This document shows, in pieces, positions 37,236 to 50,893 of a DNA stretch of 64,000 nt. The DNA is from Podarcis gaigeae (Eukaryota). Each line of letters opens with the position of its first letter. The stretch's first letter is position 1. The notes beneath the pieces are model-generated. The model worked only from the letters and a program-made list of their open reading frames with translations. It was not told the origin of the DNA and did not search any database. The DNA lies in the NCBI GenBank assembly GCA_964106915.2, contig OZ066918.1. One strand, 5' to 3'. The position numbers were made by a program, and so were the translations under genes.

Positions 37236-39618
37236 TAATAAGACTGCTGCCTAAATTTATTTGTATTGGCCATTGGGAATAACAAAATAGAAGTAAAGTT
37301 CAGAGACATAAAGCCATTTTTGTACAACAGAACTGCCATCTGTGGTACATGACGGTCATATATTAAATAAGAGTGAAGAAAGGCATAATATAACAGGAGA
37401 AGATGCAACAGTTTTCTTCCCTTATGATATGGGCTTCTCCTGTTTCACAGTCTGCATGATATATTTGCATACCAGCAAATCAGGTGCTAGATCAGCCAGT
37501 CTTGCTCCTCTCCACATGCGTGCCTTTTTTATTTTTCAAAGAGCCATATGTATATCCGTTTATATATTCATTTGTCCCCCTTTAAACAAACATAAATATT
37601 TAAAAACAGCTTCAAAACTGCTTCAGGGATTTTTTGTGTGCGTGTGTGAGGAGTAAGTGGACAGTTGATCCTCATTCAAATGCCGCCATATTGATAAACC
37701 TATACAAACAGCAGCTTATTTTGCGTCAGAAGACAGTTACCAGTCGGCAAATGAAGGAAACCTCCATCGTTCCCATAGTGGTCCGTTTGTACAGACCCAA
37801 ATGTAACTTAAAATCTTATTAACTAAAATAATAATTATTGATCACCTCAGGCCTGTAGTAGTACTTGAACTGACTTTTGGCAGCAGGGCCTCTAACTGTC
37901 TCTAAGAAAACCTTTGCAATTTGTGAATTTCATTGTGAGTTTTCCACCAAGCGAGAGTTTGAGAATCAATTATTTGCCTTGGCATTTTTTCCTTCTTTGA
38001 TAAATAACAAGAGGGTTTCTACTTATATTTCTGTCCTCGGGGCTTTATCATTAAGATTAAATAACTGTACTCTCAAGCATGCCACTGAACAAACATCTTT
38101 TCAATTATGTGAGTAATGGATGCTTTAACAAAAGAACTATTGAAAAGTCTGAAAGCATGTTTCTCTCCCCCCCCCTTCCCCTCTAAACTAAAAATATTAA
38201 AATTAAAGTATCTAGTGACAGAAGAATGCCATTGTTTGCTCCTTAAAGCAGATTCTTAATTCTCTAGTCAAAATGTCTTATGTGTGTTTGCAATACTTGT
38301 TCACAACTTGTTTTGTAGTTTTGAAAACTACCTGAAAGCCATTATCAAGAGATGCACAAAGTGTGTTGTTTTAAAATGGAGGAGCCTTCTGGTGGTTTGT
38401 GCTCCAATGTTCTCCCGCCGCTTGTGTTTGAAGCCACTTCAGGCACGATGCATAGGTATCCTGTAGCTTATTGAAGAAATACTGTCCCCCTCAAAGGAGC
38501 TTCCAATATGAAAACTTAAAGCAGAGTTGAACAGAGGTGTGTACTTTGAGAAAGTCATTGCACATGTGCAGATGACAGCTTCGTGGAATACAAGGGTGCC
38601 TGATTCTGGGGGCCGAGGTACTGCGGCTCCCTGATCTCTTTTTTGAAGGGGCCAGGACCAGACACATCTGGTAATGTACTTCAGATGAAGACATCCCCAC
38701 CCGCTCACTGGTTTGTACAGCAAAATAAAAATGTGCTAAAACACTACAGGGGTGAAACAACCTCACTGCTTTTTAAGCCTCTAATGTTTACATAGCTTAA
38801 GTCTCAAGAATAAGCTTTCCTTCTTATCTGGGCTTCTTTGTCTGAATATTGTGGGAAAACTGAAAATAGCCTTTGGATCAGAACTGGATGCAGGCAGGAT
38901 CTATGGAAGCCCAAGGACAGTGTTAGGTGAGGTTTTAGTGACTTTCTTTTCCATATATGCCGCCTTCCCATTTTTTGGTCCTATGTGAGGTACTTGGCAA
39001 CCTTCCCTACTGGGTTTCAGTACAAGTCCCCGATTAAAGGAATAAAGAGAGCTTTCTGCAAGGAATGAGGTAGCATTGTTTGCGAACAAAGCAAAGCTGT
39101 GGTTGGTTTTGCCAGTAATGTACGTGTTTGATTTGAGCTACAGATCAGTACAAGTTCTCCTTGTGAATGAAGAAACTTATTTATATACGCGCACAATCGG
39201 GGAATTTAAAACAAATAGCACACCTTCAGAATGTTAAGTTAGGTTGTGCTTTGGGAGCCATATTGAAGTTCTGAGCAGGAAAATTTTGCAAATACAGTCT
39301 TCAGTATATGGTATTCAACCTCTTCTCTGCTGCAGCCACAGCAGGAAAGGTCGCAGCTGGGGGGGGGGGGCTTGCTTCAGTTTGCTAACTTAAGCAGCCA
39401 CAATGCAAACGTGTTACGTATGAAAGTCCTAGTCATGCATACCTTCGATAAACACCCTTTATGTGTGGTAGAACGGCAGGATCAGGCATGGTGTGCGTAC
39501 ACACACTGGGCCTCTTATCTGTAGTCCGACAAAAGTAAGGCTAATGGCAGATGAGCCAAACTTGAAAAATAATGATTGATCTTCATGCATCAAATTACAC
39601 ATGTATGAATGCCTCATA

Positions 39619-40267
39619 GGGATCATCTGCACTATATATGTAAAGCAGTGTTAGGTAAAAGTAAAGGGACCCCTGGCCATTAGGTCCAGTCTCGAATGAC
39701 TCTGGGGTTGCAGCACTCATCTTGCTTTACTGGCCAAGGGAGCCGGTGTACAGCTTCCGGGTCATGTGGCCAATATGACCAAGCCGCTTCTGGCGAAACA
39801 GAGCAGCACACGGAAACATCATTTACCTTCCTGCTGGAGCGGTACCTATAGAGCTACTTGCACTTTGACGTGCTTTCGAACTGCTATGTGGGCAGGAGCA
39901 GGGACCAAGCAATGGGAGCTCACTCCATCACAGGGATTCAAACCGCCAACCTTCTGATCGGCAAGCCCTAGGCTCTGTGGTTTAGACCACAGCTATCCCA
40001 CTTTAAATCGTCATGACTTCCCCCAAAGAATTCTGGGAACTGTAGTCTGTTAAGGGTGTTTAGGAGACCCCTGTTCTCCCCACAGAGCTACAGTTCCCAG
40101 TGTTTTTTTACACTCAGTCCCCTTTCCCAGGGAACTATGGGAATTGTAGCACTGTGAGGTGCATAGGTGGCCTCACAACCCTCAGCACCCTTAACAAACC
40201 ACAGTACCCAGGAGTCTTTAGGGGAAGTGGCATGATACTGCTTTATACATATAGTGCAGATGGAGGC
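39619..40267. mobile_element. Palindromic MITE interrupted by a Sauria SINE
   Basis: Left arm catctgcactatatatgtaaagcagt (39624-) pairs with right arm actgctttatacatatagtgcagatg (-40262); internal inverted gggaactgtag/ctacagttccc blocks. Confidence 0.85.
39653..39993 (-). mobile_element. Sauria SINE, antisense to ARID5B
   Basis: Starts with reverse tail aggtaaaagtaaagggacccct; reverse complement of the 19576 copy. Confidence 0.95.
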
Positions 40268-41481
40268 ATCCTTTCTGTGCGAAAGTTCTGTGCGAAAGTT
40301 AAGTGCATCAATAAATATTCCCATCAAAATCAAGGGGAGTGAAAAATGCTTAGCTTTGATTGGCACCCCCCTGTGTTAGAAGCATATTAGGAGAGATATC
40401 ATGTGCCATCTGTTAGCATGTCCTACTGAACATGAGTAATTCAGTATCTACATTAGTGTGTACCCCCATCAACCTGCTCCTGATGTTATGGCTTGCAGTT
40501 GCAATGTGTGCTACCCTTAATTGGCGAGCTGCAAGCTATAAATAGCAGGTTTACGAATGCATTCTACTACTTTCCTGATTCAGTATGGAATGGCACTTCC
40601 CTTGAGCTCATGCAGTACTGTGAAGATAGAATGTCTTTAAAATAGTGGTATACTTTCAGGTCAGTGGCTGGAACTAATATGAAGCGCTAAAGAAAGGCCA
40701 ACATCTATCGCTGCAAACCTCCTTTACGAAAAACTGTCCTAGACAGAACATTCACACATAAGGAGGTGCCAGTATTATTGATCTGTTCTTAATCATCACC
40801 ATTCTTCTTGATCATCTTAGAGTCCCCATCACTGTAGGTGATCTTCACTAACTTGTTTTTATCGTAGAAAGACTCATGAAAGGGCAGTGGTTACCAGGCA
40901 GGTTTCGTTTTCCTGCTTGTACTGCTGTTTTTTGGAATCATGCAACTTCACCTCTGAAAAGGAATTGCCCGCCCCCACTATTTCGCTCTGCTCAGCTTGT
41001 TTGTGAAAATGGCCTCTTCAAAGTGCTAATGATGAATCAGTGTACACATATTAGTACCATTGTCTTTTTAACTCTTGTTCCCCCCCTCAAAAAAAACAAA
41101 ACACCTCTGGAATATCAGTCTAACAGTTCCATATAGACTGTTGGAAAACTTTGTTTATTTGTTGTGTTGTATTTTTTAGAGACTGAAGATATTTTTTTTC
41201 TAATTCAGTAAACCTATGAAGTAGATTGTTGCTGACCTGGTTCTGCAAGCAAGTAACTTGAGACTGAGATTTAGATTGCTTCCACACACCACTCCAGACC
41301 ATAACTGACAAACAGAAAGCATAGCAGGGAGTTTCTAAGTAAAGAGGTATTTCTGTTGTTGTGGGAGTTTAGTTACTTTGCTGTTACGACACAAAAGTGG
41401 ATGTAACCCCTGTAGCTGTCATGCAAGCCCAATTGGATTACTTGTGACTAGAATGGATCCTGCCCCACAGCTTGTGGAAGA

Positions 41482-41519
41482 TAAGCTCATTTGTGTGGGC
41501 TTTAAGCTCATTTGTGTGG
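41482..41519. repeat. Short tandem duplication (21-bp period)
   Basis: taagctcatttgtgtgg repeated. Confidence 0.9.
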
Positions 41520-42346
41520 AAATTCCTCTAGAGAACTGACTGAGGAAATCTTGACCAAGGAAACCTAGCAAAGACAGGATTCACCTGGAATTCGAATATT
41601 GGTTTGAGAGATTTTGGGGGGCTACATTTCTTACATTGCTATCAATATTCCTTTAATGATAAGAGTGTGGTACATCTTGGCTATTCTGCAGCAAGGATTG
41701 GTACGCTATAATTTCTGCCATTTTCCTAGCACCCCCTTTTTTTATCAATTCAAACTATTGTCACTGTAAGAAAAGGGTGTTGTGACAATTGAATCATTCC
41801 CGTGAAAGATGATTATGTATTCCCTTAGATCTGAATCACTTAAGAAAGCCATTCATTGTCAATGGAAAACAAACTGGGTCCTTGAGACTAATTTTTCGTC
41901 TCTAATGTGTCCATTGGTCTAAGCATGGGCGCATGGGTCATTTGCACATTAACCTTGGAGAGGTATACCCACTGTTTGGATCACGTGCACAGAGAAGAGG
42001 TTTTCAGCAGCAATCATAGGCAGCAAAAGAAGGAATCGGGGAAAACTGACTCGCAAAATGAGTAGTTTTACCCAACGTCCTTGAGCCCAAGCTACCTAAG
42101 AGTGAACTTTGCTAAAGTAAATGGAGCTACTCTAAGAGACACAGCTGGAGCTATAGGAAAAACAATGCCAATCATTTGATACACAGGCGGGAGCAATGGG
42201 CAAAGGTAAAAGGCCCTCTACAAACCAACAGGGATGGCGGAGTTCACACAAAAGCTGGCTGCAGGTATTGGCATCATACCTTTGCTGAACCAGGGCCATG
42301 ATAGCTAAGCATGATGAGCCCTAAGTCCTTCCTGCAATATCTCAGA

Positions 42347-42473
42347 ATAGCGCAAACGGGTAGAGCGTGAGACTCTTAATCACAGAGCCCCACGTTGGGT
42401 GAAAGATTACTACACTGCAGGGGGTTGGACTAGATCATCCTTGTAGCCCCTTCCAGCTCTATGATTCTGTGAT
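42347..42473 (+). mobile_element. tRNA-Lys-headed, CR1-tailed SINE with an internal deletion
   Basis: ggtagagcgtgagactcttaatc...gagccccacgttggg followed by ggggttggactagat...cccttccagctctatgattctgtga. Confidence 0.85.
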
Positions 42474-44481
42474 AAGAACTTATGATCCCATCCAGTTCCA
42501 GTAATGGAAGAATGTAGGAACCATGCAGGAGAGGCAGGAATGGTTGCCGGGGGGGGGGGGGATTACAGTGTCAGAGGTTGAAATGGGTGCTATTGCCTTG
42601 GCATAGGAAGCTGCCTTTCGCCACGTCAGAGTTGATCACTTGTCTGTTTTGCTCAGTATTGGCTGCTGTGATTGACACCAGTTCTCCCAACAAGAGCTTG
42701 TTCTTCCTGTGTGTTTCCTATATTTTTACCTTACTCAGAGAAGCAAGGGGTGAGGCCAGAGTCAAGCGAGAAGAACGCCACTCCCATAGCATAAGAATGA
42801 GGTCACAATGAAGAGTTAAATATGGAGCTGGCAGCCTTGACTACAGATTTCCTTTCCTTTCATGCTCTCCCCCCCCAAGAGTTATTCTTCTAACCCCTTT
42901 TATTTTTATTTCTATAAATAGATGCAGTCCACTATTTCCTGCGCAATAGAGTTGGACTTAAAAGAGTAGTTGCTTGGCACAAGAATTAATCAGTATATGA
43001 AACATTAGTACTTATCACTTTAATATTTTTTTAAAAAACACACACACGCATAAGATTTTGAGTTGCATTTTTCCCATGGCACAGGAGAAGAATGTTGGCT
43101 AATGAAGGATAAGAGTTGTGTGGTTAATGCCTTTTATGAAATACTAATGATGAAGACATGTTTGACATGCTGTAAAATACATTTTTCTAATGTGAAGTTT
43201 CTGCCTTTTGTTGGAGATGAGACAAAATCCCCAGAGGATTTTAGAATTTGTAAATATAAAATTATCTGCCTCCATGGTTCTCCCCCCTTTTTTTTAAAGG
43301 CTGGCAGAAAGCCAGATTACTTACATTACTGTAATAGATTTGATGACCTCTGACTTCTGCTGTGGAGAAGTACATTGAATTTTTCATTACATCAGAGGAT
43401 GCTGAAAGCTAAAAACTCAGAATACTAGGCACTAGTATTTAATTCAACATTTAGCCAAGCAAAATCTTTCTCCTCCCCCCACCCGCGCTAAAAGGGGGGG
43501 AGAGTACCCACAATTAAATGTAATGTATCTCTGATTGTGTTGGGATTAATAAAACACTGATTTGTTCATCCAGCTCGTATTGATTTTTAAGTTGCCTTTA
43601 TTTATTTTTTTAAAAAGGATAATCTTGCTTTTCATAGTCATTGAATTTAATCAGAAGCTCAGTTGATGGCAAAGACTTCCCTACTGTTTCTGCTCTGGGC
43701 TGGAAAATGTTATTCTTGTATTATTCCAGTGGAAAAAATAGCCCCGTGCTGTTCAGAAATCTGCTGCCTGCAGAAGGATTGTTCTTTAATACGCTACTGC
43801 TTACACATTCTCGTTATGTTAATTATCCTATAAATAATGCATTTTATTAATCTGAATGTAGGCATTGCGTTCATAATAAAGGCATGTTCCACCCCCGCCC
43901 TGCAAACCCAAACCCTGGGTTACGTGGAAGTAAATGCCCTCCTCTTACTGTGTACTCCCCTCCTCTGCATTTCCTCTGTAGTCTTCCTCTTCTCAAAATT
44001 TAGACTGTAATCTCCTTGAGGGCAGAAATCGGCCTTTCTTTTCTTTTTGCTTATGAAATTCCGCAAAGCAGAATGCATATTGATGATATTCTTATGCGTA
44101 ACAACAACAACAGCGATGGTTAAACCCACATCCCCATTCTTAGGCTTTCCGGCAAGATTGCTTCTTACGAATACAGGAACTCTTCTCCCAACATCTGACA
44201 CTGAAAACTCTTTCAAAGTCTTTTTTTTAATTTTATTTTTGTACATGAGGGTTTATATGGATTGTGGTTCATTTTTTCTGTTAATATTTGCGAAACACCT
44301 TCTTTTATCTTGCACCGAGGTTGATTTAAATCGCCTAAGCAACAGCTATTTAGCACAAAATTGAGCTGCTCATTACAAGCGTGTTGCATTCTGTGGGGGA
44401 AGTTTTAAAGCAGAGAATCATATTCTGTCTGATTTGGAGAATATTGACCTGCAGTTGACAAAATACAGTTGACTAAATACA

Positions 44482-44483
<2 letters not shown>

Positions 44484-44534
<51 letters not shown>
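44484..44534. repeat. (TG)n microsatellite
   Basis: Visible directly. Confidence 0.95.
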
Positions 44535-44535
<1 letters not shown>

Positions 44536-46859
44536 TGTTCTAATAGTATGTTAGCTGAAGGTTTGAATGTTCCACCAGCTTTATTTCCCTTGTACTATAA
44601 CAGCTTCTAATAATCAAATGATAAGATCACATCCTGCGGGTAATTGTGTTGTACCGTGACAGGGCAACTGAAGGCAAGGAAGGGTGGGGGGACCACAGAG
44701 TGAAAATTCTAGCAAATGGAAACCTCTCTGTCAACTTGCAATTGTTCATAGCGTTAGGCTTCATTTTAATCCTCCTAAGCTCTCTGCTTTTTTTTTTTTT
44801 ACTTTGCTTAAAAAAACTGAAAACCAACAACCCCACCTTGTTACTGTAGAGAAATAGCATTGCATTAGAATTTTTTGTCCAGGGTGGGGAGCTGATGCAA
44901 GTAGAACAAGCCGTCCTTGTGTTTTGATTCAATTTTTACCTTAGTCATGCCTCTCTCCAGATACAAGAAACATTTAATTCCAAATTTCCTGCTGTTGGCG
45001 CTAGGCATTTGACCAGCTATGTGAAATGTATTTTTGCCACTGTAGCCTCTGCCAACTGCTGAGCTCAGTGAAAAAAAGCAAAATCACAAAAATGGAAACA
45101 GCAGGCCCGTCCTCCTGTAACGTTGAACTCTCATCAGCCATGACTCCTAATTATCCTCTGACCTAATGAGTTCCAGGGATTTATATGGCAACAAAGAGGC
45201 AGGATGCTGTTGTCTTTTTGGTGGTCAAATTTAAAACTGACACAAAAGGGTTTCTCAGAAAGAGTGCTAACAGTGATTAATCTTATCAGGGCTGGCCTTT
45301 GTCCTGTTTCTGCTTTAACCAGCCAGGATAATCACACAGAATATTTTATTTAAAAGGCCTAGTGGTGGCGGAGTATCATCCTCTAATTTTAAAGCTATGA
45401 GCAGCTTTTGAAACATTTACTGACAAAATATGTAGATTTCAAATGGGCTGCCTGTTCCCATGGCAACCAAACAAAGTCAAACAATCCTTTCTGCAGTGTT
45501 AACAACTATTGCCACCAAAAAAAAAAAAGTATTTTGGTTAAATCTGATTCTTTAAATATTTAACACATGGCAGAAAAAGATATAAATATTGCTCTGGATG
45601 AAACTCAACCTCACCTCCTCTTGCTTAAAGTCCCAGGCACGGGAAAAGATGTTCAAGGGTGCCTTGAATATTTTGTGCTTGTTACAAATGAAATTTAGCA
45701 GCCTCAAGTATGAACAAGATTGTATTTCTTTCTCTCCCCCCCTTTTTTTATTCTGCCTTGTTATGCTTCTTTTTTTATTACATAAACATTAACTGTAATG
45801 TTACAGTGGGAAGCAAGTATTTGGCAAAGTCCGTATTATTTTGCTAAGCCTGCATAGAGAGAGCTGTTTTCAGTTTTAGCAGCTGTAACATGTTTAAACT
45901 CAGTTTGTAATGGGATCTGAGGACCTGCATTCCCCTTGGGCATTCCTTTAGCTTCATTACTGGCCAGCTGCCAAATTCAGGGCTCAAAAGTATTATTCAC
46001 GCCTCTCTGCACATACCCATGTCAGAGCATGCTCAGTTCATGAATTTTGTTTCTAATATGGCATAAATGAGGTTTACTTTTTAACATAATTTATGTTGTA
46101 TTTTATTAAAATGTGAAATACTATCATCGCAAGCAAGCTAATCCCGGCTCTCTTGGAGCCAAACTGTGTTTGAACATCTAAATTAAAACTGGATGGCTTG
46201 GAGCTGATTCTGGAATAACAAAAAAAATCTGTGCCTGAACAAAAAGAGTTTTCTATCTTGAACTCTTAGATTAAGCTATAATTAAAGAAGTCTGATATTT
46301 GAACAGATTAATGCTGTTTAAAAAGCAACGTCCATTTTCTTCAACAGATACCTATTGTGTGTGGGGTTTTTTTAAAAAAAATGTTTGCCATACTAAAGTT
46401 CATATTTTTAAAAGTCGGAGTCTTGCATTATTCCTGCTATGAATCATTCATTAATCATGTTTAATGCATTATAAGAACTTTAATCACTGGAGCTGAAACT
46501 CAGATTGTAAGCCAATCCATTCTTTTTAATAACACTGCTTATTTACCCTCATTTCAAGAGGCACTCTGTGGAGGGGGGGTGGGAATCAGATTGAAGCATC
46601 TCTGTCTCCTCCCCCAAGCAATTTTTCCATGGTTTGAAAGACAAAACTCTGTAATTAAAATTCTCTAATTGTCTCTTAAAATCGTTTTTGTTCCTGCCCA
46701 CTGTGCCAACTACCACCTGGTAGACACTGCTTGCCCTTTTCCCCCTTTCCCTAGAGAATGAGCAATCTTCTGGCTCACAAAATGGGCCCTTATGACATTC
46801 CCCTAGATTCCTAAAAAAGAAGAGGAGGAAATCTATGCTAGTACAAGGTTTCTATACCA

Positions 46860-46963
46860 GTTGGACTACAGTTCCCATCAGCCACAGTCATGCCCAGGGG
46901 CCAGGCATGATAGGAACTGTAGTCCAACAACATATGGAGGGCAAAACATGCTGGAGAAGACTG
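46860..46963. mobile_element. hAT MITE remnant
   Basis: Inverted gttggactacagttcc ... ggaactgtagtccaac core, related to the 26586 element. Confidence 0.65.
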
Positions 46964-48182
46964 CTCCATCTTCTGATGGAACCATACCTTGCCCACAGGA
47001 TACAAGATGATACAGCCCAGAATATGCTGATGTTTGGTGGTGGAGTTGGCCACATCCCTCCTCCCCAGCTTCTTGGATTATATGTGCAACCCTGCTGGGC
47101 TGAGTTTTGTCTTCACCCCTTCCCATTGCACTCTGCTCCTCTAGCTTCTGACTTACGCAGGTAGCTCTGAGAATCCAAATAGTTATGGGAAAGCCCTCTG
47201 GGGGTTGCAGAGAAGAGAAGGCAAGAAGCATCTAGAGACAATGGTTGGAAGGGAGCTAGCATGTCTAGTCTGCGCTGTTTTGGAGGCAGATTTAAGGACT
47301 TCAGACCCAAGACCTGAGCTGACCCATGTGAGGTTCCTTAAGACCTGTTCACACCACAATCCACCCTGAGGTTCCAGTTGGGATTATTTGCTATTTTCTG
47401 TACTTCAGTACTTCCAGGTTATATATGGCACTGCTGTCGGGAATTTCTGTAACTCAAGTCGGTTGCTGTTTAAACAGGCCAAAGAACTAAATACAAAGTA
47501 TTTCCATTAAAATCAATTTAAAGTAGTGGGGGAGATATGCAGCTCATCTCCAGTGACTCCATTTGGCTTCATAATCTCATTTATCTCAATGGATTTTTTA
47601 AAAAAAATGTTCTGCTTGTTGTAACTTGTTGGACCTGATCCAGGTAAAGTTACTTATGACTAACACTGCAATCCTATAGATGTGTACTCAGAAGTAACTT
47701 TAATGAGACCGACTTCCAGGAAAGTGTGAATTGGAGTGCAGACTAAATTGAACTTATGTGACTTAATTTAGTATCAGCTAACCTGTAAGTTTCAATAGAC
47801 CTGGTCACAAATAACTTGAAGTGAATCAGAACCATTCCATTTTTTAGGTTTACACATAAAGACACATTGTATACCTAAACATGTAAAGTGTGAATATTAC
47901 AGATGTTTGGGAAAGTGTGTATCATCTGAGAGGTTGGCAAACTCAGCTTTGTGGTTGCAAAATGTGTGAAAGACAGAGGAAATAATTTGATTCAGCAGCA
48001 GTTTGAGAAGAAGAAACAGCTTTCAAATCCAACTGCACACCTTTGACTTCTAGTTTTGAGTGGTTTTTTTCTTTCTTTCAAAAAACAGTTTTTAACATTG
48101 AACTTCTTACAGCCATTCCTTTTATTTTATTTTGGTCTTTTGGGTGAGAACTTCTAGAACTGATCAATTATTCGTTCTTTAG

Positions 48183-48381
48183 ATTAATCCTGCCGTATGA
48201 GAGATTTATTAAAGGAGAAGAAGATAAGCCACTGCCTCCTGTGAAACCTCGAAAACAAGATAATGTCGCCCAGGAGGGGGAAAGTAAGATAAAATTGTCT
48301 GGAACAAAACGCATCAGAAATGAACACCAAAAGAGCAAGAAAGAAAAAGACAATGCACAGAAACCCCAGGATGCACCCGAG
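48183..48381 (+). CDS. ARID5B: ARID5B coding exon (exon 9 equivalent), 199 nt: LILPYERFIKGEEDKPLPPVKPRKQ...KPQDAPE
   Basis: Acceptor ttcgttctttag and donor GAG|gttagt; completes the ARID domain; phase 2 in, 0 out. Confidence 0.97.
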
Positions 48382-50654
48382 GTTAGTTTCCTTTCCCCGC
48401 TTTCTTCTTTTCATTAACTTTTTCATTCTGCGGGTGCTGCTTTGATTGCATAATGTCCAGAAATCATCTTTTGAACCAGGGCTCACGCAAACAAATCCTC
48501 TTTCGGGACCGGGCCACATGTCCCTTTTTACTGACATGGCGTCTTCAGGGCCTAAAAAGACACAAAAGCGTATACCTATGTGTTCCAGTGTGCACAGAAT
48601 CCATTATGTGTCCGTGTAAAAGTCGCGTGCTTTTCTGCAGAACCCGGGTTGGTATTCCCCAGGTCTCTCGTAATATGCAGCTAAGAATTCTGAAGGTATA
48701 TGTACATACTTTGTTCATTTCAAACATCTTAACATTAAGAATAATGTAGTGGGAAAGGTCCTTAGTTTACTCAGAAGGACTGAAGTATAACTGATGGTGA
48801 TTTGACTTGTGTGATTGTGGAGGGCATGGAAGCGATGACAGAGATGCCACCTCTGGAAAGGTCATCAGTACATGTGGTACATGGGCGGTTGTGGGGGTGT
48901 GTGCCGTGTGGCTGGTAATGTCTTACAGCCTCCCATGCCTTCCACACAGAAGAACCAGGAAGTATCCAATGGAAATGACAAGAGGAGAACCAGGCTCAAA
49001 GACGCTTGAGAGTAATGCACTTTTTATTATTGTCCAGTGTATCTTGGCCCAGATAGGCCTTACTCAGGGATATTTCTACCATAACCAATCACATGGCAAA
49101 ATAAAAATTGTTTAGAGTTTTCTTTAAGGAAGGTGATAATGTCAATTGTTCATATTGTTTTGTAGAAAAGCCACTTTGGAAGGCCTGTTTGGGCCAAAAC
49201 TCTTTAGCGTCTTTAATATTGGTTCTCCTTTTCTGTTCTTCCATGGACTTGACCTCCAAAGCCTGGGTCAGAATATATTTTTAATACAACCACAGTCTTT
49301 GCAATAGCTTCTTTGGAGCATTTCCCTCACCCACCCCTGCTCCTTTTAAAAAAAATTAATTGTAAACTGAGACATATTTTGAAAAGGCACAATCTTTATT
49401 AAAATATACATAAAAGAGGGCATGCAGTCTGTTTAAGCAACTGCTAGATTGCAACAGAAATTGCCAAAAGCAAGGAAATACAAGTTAAGTCTAGCATTCC
49501 ATTCCTTGTTCATCCCTTTGTGCCTTGTTATTTATTGCAGGGAGTTTGGATCAGCGAGTTATGTTACATACCATATGTGCTGCAATAGAAGCTAAGCACA
49601 ACGTAACAAGCCAGCGATGGAGTGTCAATCTAAACTTTGAACTTCCTTGCTTTTGTTGTTTAGTATCTCAAATTTCCTGCGACTTAAACTGCAGTTATTT
49701 TTTATGTGAGTCGCAGGTCAAGTTCTCAGATGGAGAGTAGAAAGTGCACAACACAAAATGCAATTATGTGGGCTTCCGACTGCAAGAAAATAGCAGTGTA
49801 ATTCTTTTCTCCCGTCAGTCAGTAATGTTGGATGTTCTTGATATCAAATTCTCACAAATGTATGAGGGACCTCAGAAGGCTTTTAAGCAAATCATTTTTC
49901 ATAAGTTTGAAAAATATAATTCCTCTTTCCCTCACATATGAAAGCACCATGTAAAAACTATTCCGCTTCTGTTGTGCCTCTTAGGTTGGGGAACTGAATT
50001 GGATCATTGCTGCGTTTATGTTTGCAGTTTATTTGTAACCCGTTTAGAGTGACTCCTTTGTGGTGGGGAAAAGCGGGTGTAAATCTTTTAAATAAGAAAT
50101 ATTTGTTTGTGGGGTGGTGGGGTGCAATATTATTTTGGGATTTGGGGCAGGGGGCTGGTAAGCCGACTAATTTGTAAGCCAGAGAGAGGGGAGTAGTGGC
50201 ATTTGCAGATCTTTCGTAGCTAATGTTGGTTGGGGTAATATGGAAAGTTATTAAAGAGAGTGGGCACAAAACCCACACAAATTAAGTGCAAGCAATCTCA
50301 TGGCAATCCCTGAGACTTATGTTAGTCACAATCCACTTATTGCTTTCAGGGGGACTTAGGACTTGCCCACACTGGGGCAAATGTGGAATCACACCTTTCC
50401 CCCCACTTCAAATGCAGGCCCCCCCCATCTTGGCCATTTTGGACTTTCTGGGGACTGAAAAGCCCTGCATTCTCTTATAAGATGATGCCCTGCTACATAC
50501 ATACAAACATGCATGTATCATCTAAGGAGAAGAAGAGTAGTCTATGTTTCTTCAGAAACATAACAAATTTATGAAAATTCAATTGATTATTAGCGTGATA
50601 AAAACTGCCTTTCCTGATTAGCCAGGGACACATTTTTGGCCACTTCGTCTAAGC

Positions 50655-50893
50655 CAGGGGTATCCAACCAGTAGATTACGATCTACTGGTAGATCCCTGG
50701 CTGATCCTAGTAGATCGCGGGATCCTTATTGTGCACAAAAAGTTACAGGGAAAAGCTAAAAACTCTGTGCAATCCTCCCCACAAAAGATCAACAACTCTG
50801 GGCAATCCATCCACCCCACGCACGTTCCTCCTCCCTCCAATGACAATGGGTAGATCACTGCCAGTTTTTTTATACTGGGAGTAGATCACAGTC
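50655..50893. mobile_element. hAT-type non-autonomous element, right end lost
   Basis: Left end CAGGGGTATCCAAC after gtctaagc; repeated subterminal GTAGATC motifs near both ends. Confidence 0.6.
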
